This document shows positions 41,101 to 54,200 of a DNA stretch of 64,000 bases, piece by piece. Source of the stretch: Lingula anatina (Eukaryota > Animalia > Brachiopoda). The stretch is taken from positions 12,024,587 through 12,088,586 of the forward strand of contig CM120648.1 of assembly GCA_051362555.1 (NCBI GenBank), in the 5' to 3' direction. The notes under the pieces were generated by a model. The model was not told where the DNA came from. It saw only the letters and a list, made by a program, of their open reading frames with translations, and ran no database searches. Numbering within the stretch: the stretch's first letter is position 1; each line of letters starts with the position of its first letter. The translations under genes and the position numbers were made by a program.

Positions 41101-44100
41101 AGGGGGAGGGGGGAGAGAAACAGAAGGGGGGAAGTGGACGTAGTTAGTCACCGACTTCCTCAACTGATTGTGTTTTAAACACCCCCTCGTCTTTGTGCGC
41201 CTTTCTTCGCGTTTTATGTTTTTCACACTTCAAGTGCTACTGTTTCCCTAAGCTTATTGAATTTGAGGAATCTATTAGCTGACGATTTCCGCGAACGCTT
41301 GAGTCGTTTTTAAATAGATGGTAATTTCCTCATCGCCTTTTTGTTGTCTTCCCTCGTGTGTTTTTGGCAGTTTCTGGTTCATTGTTTACCCCCGAGAAGC
41401 CCGATCGATGGTAAAAGAGATAGCGTCTTGCTACAAGCTGCCATGGTCATCTGTGCCCAGTCTTGACCGCTTGACCGGACGCTTGTCTAGATTTAACAAC
41501 AGATGGACGACAATGGGTTGTCCATTTAGAAAGTCGAAAATAAAAATGAACATTCCGTCTTCAGTATGTCGCCGTGGGTTAAAACCACGTCTCGGACAGT
41601 TTATAATACATTTAAATTACCAGGAAAAGTTTTTTCTGTTTACGCAAGAATCTTGTCTGTTTTGAGTCTAAAATAATGCTAAATATTCCTGACAATGAAA
41701 TAAAGTTGAATATAGAAAATCTTTATCATAATAACAACGAAAATTAAATGATGTTCCTCAGTTCTAAATCATTCACCGTCATAGTTACAATGAGGAAACT
41801 AGAGGATCAGAGAGGCGATACCGCCTCCGAATATTGTACCACCAGCTGGAGCAAGCGCATTCGTATAGACCCCCACATACACAAAAGAAGGGACACAGCC
41901 ACCAGTCTTATGCTTGACAAGCTGTAAAAATGCAATCAACAAGAATTTTCAAAATATGCAAAAAATATATATAACTTAAAATGGTACAATCAAAGTTAAG
42001 TTCATCATAAGGTAGGTCAAAGGTCAATTTCAAGGTCACAGTAAATTGCCAGTATATGACTTCCTATTCAACTTTAATGGTAACTATGGACCTATCTCTG
42101 CCAGGTTTGGAATTAAAAGAGAAAGAAATTTGCAAAGTTCAGTTCATAGTGAAAAGTAGGTCAAAGGTCAATTTCAAGGTCACATTTAGATTGCCAGTAT
42201 ATGACTTTCCAAGCAAGTTCAATAGAAACTATGGACCTATCTCTTCCAGTTTTGGAGATAAAAGGGAACCAAAATTTGCAAAGTTTAATTCATGATAAAA
42301 AGTAGGTCAAAGGTAAATTTCAAGGTCACACTTAGATTGCCAGTATATGACTTTCCATGCAAGTTAAATAGAAACTATGGACCTATCTCTGACTTCCTAT
42401 TCAAGTTCAATAGTAACTATGGACCTATCTCTGCCAGTTTTGTAGATAAAAGGGAAGAAAAATATGCAAAGTTCAGTTCATGGTGAAAAGTAGGTCAAAG
42501 GTCAATTTCAAGGTCACAGTAAAATTGCCAGTATATGACTTCCTATTCAACTTCAATAGTAACTATGGACCTATCTCTGCCAGTTTTGGAGATATAAGGG
42601 ACTAAATGTTTTAATTTTGGAGTTACCATAATGTGCCATAAATTTCCTACAGAAAAAATTAATTAAAATAAAGAAAACGTCATTTTGGTCAAAATTCTTG
42701 AAATAAGAGGTGCTCTGAAGTTCCAGATGTTCAAATTTGATGAAATAATGTCATTTTTGACCACAAGTTGTCTGGTTTGCCAAGCCTTATGTTTTATTTT
42801 TCCGGAGTTCAAAATTTATTATCCATTACAGTACTGCACATTTTGCTTTCACCACCAATATGTGCCAGTATATGATTTCTTATTCAAGTTCAATAAAAAC
42901 TATGGACCTATCTCTGCCAGTTTTGGAGATAAAAGGGAACCAAAATTTGCAAAGTTCAATTCATGATAAAAAGTAGGTCAAAGGTCAATTTCAAGGTCAC
43001 ATTTAGATTGCCAGTATATGACTTCCTATTCAACTTCAATAGTAACTATGGACCTATCTCTGCCAGTTTTGGAGATAAAAGGGAAGCAAAATTTGCAAAG
43101 TTCAATTCATGATAAAAAGTAGGTCAAAGGTCAATTTCAAGGTCACATTTAGAATGCCAGTATATGACTTCCTATTCAACTTCAATAGTAACTATGGACC
43201 TATCTCTGCCAGTTTTGGAGATAAAAGGGAAGCAAAATTTGCAAAGTTTAATTCGTGGTGAAAAGTAGATCAAAGGTCAATTTCAAGGTCACATTTAGAT
43301 TGCCAGTATATGACTTCCTATTCAAGTTCAATAGTAATTATGGACCTATCTCTGCCAGGTTTGGAGTTAAAAGAGAAAGAAATTAGCAGAGTTTAGTTCA
43401 TGGTGAAAAGTAGGTCAAAGGTCAATTTCAAGGTCACATTTAGATTGCCAGTACATGACTTCCTATTCAACTTCAATAGTAACTATGGACCTATCTCTGC
43501 CAGTTTTGGAGATAAAAGGGAAGCAAAATTTGCAAAGTTCAATTCATGGTGAAAAGTAGGTCAAAGGTCAATTTCAAGGTCACATTTAGATTGCCAGTAT
43601 ATGACTTCCTATTCAACTTCAATAGTAACTATGGACCTATCTCTGCCAGTTTTGGAGATATAAGGGACTAAATGTTATAATTTTGGAGTTACCTTAATGT
43701 GCCATAAATTTCCTACAGAAAAAATTAATTAAAATAAAGAAAAGGTCATTTTGGTCGAAATCATTGAAATGGGAGGTGCTCTGAAGTTCCAGAAGTTCAA
43801 ATTTGATGAAATAATGTCATTTTTGACCACAAGTTGTCTGCTTTGCCAAGCCTTATGTTTTATTTTTCCAGAGTTCAAAATTTATTATCCATTACCGTAC
43901 TGCACATTTTGCTTTCACCACCAATATGTACTTTTTGATACAGCGTAGCTCGAAAACCGTATGAAATACAAAAAAACGGAGACCACCTCCAGTGTTGGGC
44001 TTTACATGCTCTACAAAATGCAAAAAAGAATGGGTCTCTAGCATTAACGGTTCCCGAATTAGAGACAGTTTTTAGTTTCGGTATCTTATGGCCGCTACTC

Positions 44101-45389
44101 CCGTTAAAATGCACCGATTGACCCCAAATTCACGGAGATGAAAGATGACCTGAAGGGTATCATTTTCCATTAATATTATTGGTTAAGTCTGTGTGATGTC
44201 TGAATAACAGCGCAAATAATTTTTTTTTCGTAAAAAAATTCATTTTTTTGAAAAATTTGGCCTGTTTGACCTTGAAATAAAGGTCAAAGGTCAAATCCAA
44301 GGGCATATTTGAAATCTGCACATATGACTTTTGGAAAGCCGTCTGTAGAAATTTTTCCCATAATTCCTTCTGTAGGGTAGATAATTAGCATTCAATTTTG
44401 CCATTTTTGGACAAGGGTGCATTGCAATGAATGCCACACCTAGACCCCAATACCGACAAAGCCCAAATTTTACGTGGAACGAGTTGAGATTATAGGTGAC
44501 CTAAATCCAAGAGATGGGTATGGGGGCCCTTACCGTCTAGGAGGAGAAGCGGTAACGGTAACATGGCGGCGGAGCCGGCGGAGCCGGCGGAGCCGGCGGA
44601 ACGGACCGGACGGGACTAAAACCATGTGTACCGCCAGCGCTAACGCTGGTGGTACAATAAACGACTGATTAAGACCTTTTAAGCAACATGTTCCATGTTG
44701 ACGTATGGATAATTAAAGCTTCTCTGTAACGAAGTCAGTTTTGTTAGTCATGACAATATAATATCAGATCAATCGTCGAAATCTACAAACAGTTATAGCA
44801 AAAAATATGCGCCCGTTATTTTATCACATCTCGCAACTCATAATGCACCCGTCAAGGTTCGTAAAGAATCGAACGAAAAAACCCTTTTGATAATCAGCTA
44901 GAAATAAGAGAACTTAATGCGTGGGTAGGGGGAGTCGTTTTAATGAAATATTGATTCATGATGCGAAGTTGTATTAATGTTTCTGTAGGAGGATTCTTTA
45001 TTATATTTATACGCTGGGGACGTCTTGCAACAGAAAATGATATTGCTGTAGATTAATCTAGCTGGGTAATAGAGCTATTGGTATTCCTTGCAAACAAGAT
45101 ATTCTTGTGATACAGTCAGAACATCAACAAGTTCCAAAAAGATATGCTCTTCCTTCAACCGCATTTTCTTTCATGATATCAAAATAATGAACTGCAATTC
45201 AGTTCTTCCTCCCGGCTAATGTTTTCTTCTCTGTGTCGTTATCATCAACAAAGGCCAACTAATACAACATAACATGTGCTGACTGGGCGTGTTTCCTTTT
45301 TGGGAGAACACTCAGCATGAAGAGACTTTTTTTGTGTTTATCTGTTTGCCATTTTTTCAAGGCCGGTTCATTGTTATTTATTTATCTAT

Positions 45390-45420
<31 letters not shown>

Positions 45421-48400
45421 TTATCGATAATCCCTGTTTGGATTTTAGTTTAAACAAAAAATGAGGATGTTCATAACAGCGTTTGTATTTATAATTCGTC
45501 ATTGTTTGAGTTATCTTTTATATCAGGAAATACTGACAACTCTTTTTATTCTCCGTTTTTAATCTCGTTTTCAGGCTGTCGACTTGGCAATGTATTTCAT
45601 GAGATAGAGGCCAGATGGAACCCCAGCATGGAGCCCGTAGGACCCATGTACTGCGTACAGTGCACGTGCGCGCCGGTAAGTAACACGCGTTCTGTTTAAA
45701 CAGGAAAAGATCATGACCGAAGATCAGGCAAACTTGCGTCATTTGGTGATTGAGCTGTTAATTCAGACGAACTGGAATCCCTGGGTAATTTTGATGCCTA
45801 ATGGCGAGTTTGGATCAATCACCGGTCTAAAGTTGCCTTGGTTTGAATGCGGTCCTTGACAGTCAGCAGTAAAGGTTTACAAAGTCATTATTTTTATCAT
45901 AAGTATCCTGAATTTAAATGGAATGACATCGTTTATTCTTGGTCACTATGGTCAGGGTGGGGTTAGGATGGGGGGGGGGCAATATGGGGTGGGTACTAGG
46001 GGAAAACAACAAGAACACCAGCAAAAACACAAGCTCATTCACCAGTATACTTATCCGTTCTCTTCCGGCATTTTGGATCAATGCACCAAAGGCTTCTGAC
46101 ATGAAAACTTAATAGCCCATGACAACATATTCGGAGAGCTCTAGTCCAATAAATCTTGGACATACAACGAATGTCAAATAAAAACGCATTATCGTACATT
46201 AAAAAGAGGGAAATTATTTGCCGATGTTAAAATTATACAAGCCTTTTTATGGACAGTTATTGTCATAAAAGGGACGTGTTTATAGTATCGCGTCAGCTCT
46301 TCTGTGTCTGCGCGGTTATGGCTATATATTTTAGGCAAATGCGTTTATAATTGGATCTTTATGTCAGCATTTTATGAGAAACATAGACGACCTCGAATCT
46401 GAAGCTTCCAGACAGATTGAAAACATAACGGGAACGGAAAATGTCTCATGCGTTAGGGCAGCCTCCATACTGAAATGCAATTCTGCAAGAAATATTTTTT
46501 TGATGAAACGGGAAATGTTCAGCCTGTAAGACAAGCTTCATCTTGAATCGCAATTTCGCGAAACATTAAAACACTGCTGCAAGATTGGATGAGGGGTATT
46601 TTCGGCAGCCCCACGTGTAATCAGCCGGCATGAGAGAAACGCTCGCTGAGCGGACCGACTCTCAGATACATCGTCTTAATAGTAACATAATGTCGGTATC
46701 CCTGTAAAGGTCGATCGCGATAGATTAGTTGTAAAATCCATTTCTCCGCGGTGAAGTAACATGTATCTGACATTTCGGGGGATAACCCTGACGCTGAAGA
46801 ACGACGGGAGCAAGAGAGAAAGATGGGCGCTAGACGCCGAAAAGAGCTGACGTCATTTTAAATAAGTGTTGATCGTTTCGACGCGATAAGGAACGAGAGA
46901 GCTTGGTTGTGAGTTATATGTACAATTTTTTCGTGTTTGCAAAGGACGCGTTTTTCTTAATCAGGACTAACTGGAGTGCGGCGATTCCACATGACGTCAT
47001 CACCCTTGGGGTTCCGCTTGATGATTGTCGTCTGCCAAAAAGTGCGGTTGTTCTTTGGAACACTTCTTTGAAGTGTCTTGTATTAATGAACGCAAAACAG
47101 GGTTGTTTTATATTAATATCTGTTGAAAAGAGAGAGGGGAAAGAGAATTTTTATTTTAGTTTAATGTAATGACATGAGAACGCTGAAAAACCAGCGAAAA
47201 CATTGATATTGCTGTTTTCATTGGCGAAAAGGTTTCTGGCATATTAAGCAATTATAATAATAATAATATTTCATGAAAAAATTGGACATAAATGTTTTTA
47301 CAATCACATGCAATCTAAACTACTGTGTAACTGCAATATGAGTTCAATTGTTTCATATAAATGTCGCATAAAGAAAAGAACAGACAAAGTAATATTTTTA
47401 AGATGACTACAGTTTCACTGTAACCGCCTTTGCCCCCCCCCCCCCCTTCTGCAAATTTCAGAATGTGAAATTCACAGTGTGTCTTTAACCGAATGATTAA
47501 GGAATAGAGAAAAATAACGTGATTATTAGTAAGTGATGATAGATACACGTTTGTTTGATGATAGATTTTCCGGTTATTAGAGAGCTGATGATTGACGACA
47601 ACTTAATAGTTTACGCTCCCCTTCAGCTGTTATTGCCATCTTAGGTCGCTTGATGATTGGTTTCATTCAGTGCGCCCGTCCAGTTTAAGTGAGAGTAATA
47701 CGAGATGGAACTCTCATCGCTTTGGGTGTGATTATCACTGGCTTGCAGAGAGTTTTTTCCCCTCATATCCTCATGTTAACTTTCTGGCGTCCACTGAGAA
47801 ACAGCCCAATACTGGAGCTAAATAGTTCGCGTTTGGTTGTACTCCTTGAATCATACAGAGCTATTTGACTTGGAATTTGTTTTTCCATTAGATTTCAGCG
47901 CTGGGCGGTACTGTTTTTTTCTTTTTCGTGTTTTCTAGATTTGACAACATCATTATTTCCCAAGGCTGCCAAATATGCTTTGAGTTAGCTCACGAAAGAA
48001 ATAACACGTCTAGAAAAAGTTTGAGTCTAGTGTTTGGATGCATTTTTATCATTTTGCCCAATCACAAATAGTAAACAACTTGTCTCCTCCGTGTTCAGTT
48101 CTATCCGCAATACCTCTCGCTTGTATATAAGTTCGGTTAAAAAAAAACAGAAAAAAGAATTTACAGAAACAACATTTCCTCTTCTTTTCTTGCGAAATTG
48201 TGAGACAAATATAATAATCTAGTTTTGTTTACATTTGGCGGGCAAGAAGAAAATTTGTTTGGGTTTCTTTTGGCAAACGTTGTTATTGTTTTTAGAGATT
48301 CGCACGTGCAGTGAAAGACCACGGGGGTTCGCTTCTTTTTTCACCCCATTCGACCTCAGTTATAATATTTTATATAACTTAGGAAAAGAAAACAAATTCC

Positions 48401-51170
48401 AACGTTATATATCATATTTAGTCGGTTACTGGTAGAAAACAGTTACAACAGAAAAATGATAACAAAACTGAAACTTTTGTGAAAAATAATAGTAGTATTC
48501 AATTATTAGACGAAAGTGCACTCAGGTTGCACTTTCAGACAAATCAAAGAAGCCAAATTAGTTTTAGTGCTAAGCACCCGTTCGAAGTGAGTCAAACCGT
48601 CGATGAAAGGTACGCAAATAAGATGATGTATTCCCTTCGGAAGTGGTTTCTAAATCCAGCCAGTTCAAAACGTCTTTCCCGTTGTCTGGACACATATAAA
48701 TATAGCGCAGTTTCTGACAGATATTTTGAATGGTGAAGTTTGGAAATAAAAAAAAAAGTAAAACGGGCATGGGTGGCATCCGGCAGCGTTTTAACTGAGA
48801 TCTTTTTAGACGAAGGTCAAGACGTATTTGCTTGGATTGTAATAAAATACCTTGGTCATGCTGGGATGAATACCGTACCCCGTACCCTCCTCCTCCCCCC
48901 CCCCAACCACACACACTAACACATAAACAGCATTTGTGAGCAAATACAAGCCCCCCCCCCCTTTAATAATTACATCTTTCTTTTCAGTTAATTTTCATTA
49001 CGTTATTATAATTTATTAACCTTATCGCATGATAATCTTAACTTTCTCCGTGGCGAGTATACCGGTGACTCTCTTCGCCACAAAAGTTTTCGTGTAATTA
49101 TTAAAAAGAGCAAAAATGCCTCTCTATATCTGTAGTATTATAGATAGCTCCCCCCAGAGTTATAATGGGCGGGCACAGTGTAAAACTCTCCTTCCTGTAT
49201 TCAGCTTGAGAACCAGGTTAGACGAAACGGATATGGGTGCAACCTCGTGAAACTCAAATTAGAATAAACCGTTTTGCATTCATCGTTTGAGTAGCCTGTG
49301 TTCTTTATGACTGTTAAATTAAGAACGCCGGTGTATGAGTTATGGCAAATAAGCGGCCATCACAGCGCTTAGACAAGTTAGCCTATCTCAAGGCCTCATA
49401 AATGTTAGCTGAAATATGAAGGGAACGCGTTGAAGAGACGAGGCCAGAATTAACACCCCTTTTGCCGCGTTTCACATTTCGATTAAGGGTGGGGGGCCAT
49501 GGAGTTTTGATTTAATATCAGGCATTAAGCGTTAGAGATCCACGGTTTAAACAAGAGTTTTATTTGTAGTAAATAGACAACTTTAAAAACGATTTTGATA
49601 TGTTATTTCTCTGCGTCGAAAGCAGTAATTCAAGTTAATCGTTTCTAAGAAATAAAGCTTCTGCCTGATTAGATATGGGGTCTCTGCAGGAGTTGACTTG
49701 AAATAAAGTTGTTTCAATCTTATCAGAGGAAATCAAGTTTTTTTCCAAGAACCTATTTTATTAATTTGTTGCTATAAGCCATGATGTTATGAAAATATTT
49801 ACAAGATCTTGTTGCTGAGGGATGCGGCTGGTTTTATTGTTACACAATAATCGCATTGTTTTACAATAATTATCTCCAACCTTTGGTACGAATCTTGTGC
49901 TCTCTCTCATGACGTCATAGTCAAGCAGACGACATTTATTGGCACGTGCGGCAGACGACAGTATTTCGTGAATGGCAAAGAGAGCGAGCGAGGGCGTAAA
50001 TTGCGTTTCCCCTTATCTTCTTTATAAAAGCGGTAGGGCTTGTTGTTACAGTAGCTAGTGACCAAACCTATTGGAAAGTCACGTAGCGGACGCAATGAAC
50101 GAGCAAAGTGTTAAGCCTAAGTTAAATACCAGTTGACAGCAACATGGGGTGAACGAAGCGTCGCTGAAAAGAACGGAATTTATGAGATAGGGCTTAACTT
50201 CATAGGTGGTAATAATCGTTCAGGAAAATGCCTCTAAGCCCCTTTCAACGGGGCGGACGACAACGCCCTTTGAGCTGCGAGATTGTTTTTCGAGGTCATT
50301 AATTTCACATTTATTTATCAATCAATCGAAGGACAATAAAAGCCGCATCCTGCCTGCGCGTGTTAGTAGGTGAATGCCAAGGATTTCCTCCTTGCTCGGG
50401 CCTTTCTCACGTCGGACGCTGACTGCTCTTTTATTAAGACGTCAAGTTCTTGCGTTGAATACCTTAAAATGGCAGGTGAAAGACCTAGATAAAAGATTAA
50501 TCTAAAATAATTATATGAAGTGATGAATGTAATCAATAAATATGAATATTAAATAACAGATTAAACAGTACACCGCGGTATCGAAAGTTGTATTGCAAGT
50601 GGGATGGGGGTGTAAGGTAAAACACCTTTGCAGTGATTATTATTGTTTTTATTACTGTTCTTCTTGTTCTTGTTCTTCTTATTACTATGATGATGATTAA
50701 CATTATTAACATCATCATTTCACTCATGAAACAAAATTAGTGGCATAGAACTCATGTTATATAGTATAATAATTATGCGGCAACTTATGTACACAAATCA
50801 GTTAGAATTTTTGTTTGATTAAATTGGTTAATGCTACTATGAAGTAAAAGCCGCCATTTAGCTTACGAATATCTGTATTTTAATCATATTTTATTCTAGA
50901 AAAATGAAACTCTCATAGTTGTTTTTTTAATTTCCTAAATATGTTGGAAATCATCTTTGTGCTAAATATGTCGGAAATTATCGTTGTTTCAGGTAATGAA
51001 AAAGGGGGTTTTGCAACGAAAAGGCCGAGTCCATTGCAACAACATCAAGAATAAGTGTCCGAAGCTGACCTGCAGTGACCAATGGCTACCGCCAAAGAGC
51101 TGTTGTAAAGTCTGCAGAAATGACCGTAAGTAAAGAGACACCCTTTCTCCCTCCCCCATCCCTACAGTTT

Positions 51171-51214
<44 letters not shown>

Positions 51215-54200
51215 GTTTGCCCCAGAATAGAACTAACTGATGACTCACATTATCTATGTGACACTCTAATTGCTTAACTTATTTTATTCATGGGATGTGA
51301 TTCTAAACGGTCAATGATATTAAACGAAATAGCCTATCAGCCATTGGATCTGAGTGAACCGTATATGGAATGTCGGCTTCTTCCTCGAAGTCGTAAAAGA
51401 AATTATATTCTTGTTAGATGGCTGAGATGTCGCACAAGTTGGTGCTCAAGTATGTCAGTTGACATTATGAAATGGATTAATTTCGCTTTGTGTAATAGTT
51501 TAATGTGTTTTCCCTTTGTCTGTCTACTTAATTCTTTCTCGACGACCCCCCCCCCCCCCCTTCTCTTCTCTCTCTCTCTCTCTCTCTCTCAAGCGAACAG
51601 CGGTCTGGGAGGCAAATGTTGAAGATATAAGACACATGCCGCACACGCAGGACTTGAACACCATTGATTCGTGTCGTTTGCGAGAAAGCTTTGAAGTACG
51701 ACAAAATGGTCCCCGACCCGGAGTTTTGTGATGGTGTTTCTGAGCAAACGACAGTTGTGGTTTCTACCCAGACGACAGGGGCACGTTTGGGTGTCGTCTG
51801 CTGCATTCTCTGTCCCTGGAAATCACGCCATGTGTAGAATAAAGAAACACAAGACACAATGCAGCCGCCTTTACGCTACAACAAAGAACATTGTGAAAAC
51901 AAGGGGAAAAACATGCGTCAAGACAAGCCTATCATGGCGCTACCACCCTCATTTCTTTGATCGGAAAATACACGTAATGCAGTAAGGGAAATTATCTCCC
52001 GCGGGGAAGCAGGATTTGGCCATGTACTCATGCTTTTGTAAACATTTTGATGGGACGTCTGCCGCGTCTTATTGAAAACGGAATGCATAAAATGAAAAAA
52101 TCTTTAAGGAAAGTTTGAGGAACGCAGCCTCTTCTTCACATATAACCGAAAAAGTATTATTGGAAATATTTTTATATAAAACGCGTTCACTGTCCATTTA
52201 CAATGCTCTCCCTTAGAAAAGTCGTTTGTAAGGGTCACATATGACATCGCTTTAGGAAATTTGTTTGCCTGTTTCTGTCTTTCTTTTTTTTTCACTTTTG
52301 AAGTGGAAAAATTCCCGGAGTGAATGGTATTTTCTTTTTTTATGCATTTGTTTTCGTCACCTCTCCCAAGACTTTCGAATAATTATAAACTATTTGTCGA
52401 AAGGGCAGGGTTTTACAGAAATGGAAAAAATCTTGTTGAAACTACTGAGTTGAGATCAAAGAAAGGTTACTACGTCTTGGAAAAGAATGATTAGATTGAG
52501 ATTAATGGCGTCTTGTTATATTTAGGACTCGAGCAGTGCGTCTCAAACGCTAAAGTGCAATTCTTTGCCGACGAAATCTCAATTTTTGCTGGCGATGGTT
52601 GCATGTAAATAGAATTAAATAAAAGCAGCGAATTGAGCCATCTTTAATAAATTTATAAGATTACCCGACATATTCCTTAGAATTACCATTGCCCACGAAT
52701 AAAAGAAAATTAATAAAAACTTTTTAAAAATTGCCTAATTTTTGTCTCGCGAAATATATCAAAGATCATTAAAGTCTTTTGATGTAATTTATGTCACATG
52801 ATAAACGTGAACAAATAAAGCAACTAAGATACGTCATCGACAACATCAGCTTAACGACCTCCGTTGACGGAAGACGACTGAGGGTGTTTTAGCAACGCCG
52901 AACTAGACTACTCAACGACATCTTTTAACTATCGAAGTTTAACTTTAAACGAAGCAATTTTTTTATCTACTTTGAACAGGCGAAGTGCTTTCAGTGGAGT
53001 TGAAATATAAGTAAAACACGGCAAGTTCGTGCAAGCGGAAATCGTCCTCCTCAGAACATTTTTGTCATTCTTGCTCGGCGTCGTCGAATGAGAATTTGAA
53101 TTGTAAAACAACGCACAAAGATACTTGGGAAAGTTTGAGCGAGTTTATTATAGTTTCTACTCAAGTCAGGGGTTATTTTTTACGATCACGTATTCTTAGA
53201 GCGTTGTTTTTTATGTTAAAAGTCCACGGGGTGAAAACAGCGTGATTATTTATTAAACATCGACGTATTGCTCACTGTCTGTTCTTGCTGAAGTCATGCA
53301 GGGGAAGCGCAACCTCATTTTCACGGACACCAGAAAACTGCACCTTAACTACCAGAGAGACACAACAAGCCATGCGTTTGAACTACTTATCCATGACAAC
53401 GACTAATACATCTGGCCGCGTTTGAGTATTTTACTCAATGGAGTCCGTACACTTCCTCCCAAAGCAGCGTGCGAAGAAAATGGAATGGTAGTCGTGAGAA
53501 GGAGTGTTAAGTCACCAAAGTTATGTTGTCCCACACTCCCACTGTAGGACAAGACGCGCGGCGCCCGTTGGAACGTGCTTACCATTAAGATCTATTAACC
53601 ATACGACCCGAAGGGGTAGTTGACGAGTTACGTGATCACCGAAACCCACTGACTTCTACTTAGTGAAACACACGGGACCGGGAAGAAGAGAGCGCCCCGT
53701 CAATGCGGCCCGCGAACCGAATGACAGTCGTGGCCCCGCCTAGACGTGTGTCACAATCAGCGTCTTGTTTGTCGCTTTAAAATGTGATTTTCGAATTATT
53801 TGACACCTGGGTTCAACAGCGCAGACGAAGGGATAAATATTACGTCTCTTTTGATGGTGTCTTGAATTCGTTGCCAAAGGCAAAAAAAAATTAGGATTTT
53901 GAGGATATCCTCGGTTTCGTAACATACTGAGTATAGGAAGGACTCGGGGTCGTTTTGACACATATTTTGACGGAGAGTGCTGTAGGGAGTTGCTGGAGGT
54001 ATGAGACCCATCACCTTCTCACATCAGATGACGGCGACAAGAGGAGGACGTAGTCGCTATGGCAACGTCGTTGCCCTGGCAAACAGCCTCGCGGGATTTG
54101 CCGCTGTGATGACGTTTGTGGTTGCCAGTATGTGTCGTGCCCGCGTCATTAACAGATTATTAATTTACTTTAATTATTACTTTTTTTATGTTTCTAGTTT

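Noticed and set aside
42000-43950. Array as a CRISPR, or its ORFs as genes
   Set aside because: Units are contiguous near-identical 146-mers without unique spacers, the context is eukaryotic, and there are no cas genes.
51516-51985. Overlapping ORFs in chordin intron 3 as a nested gene
   Set aside because: No protein-like features; anchored on a CT microsatellite; no phase-consistent partner exons found.
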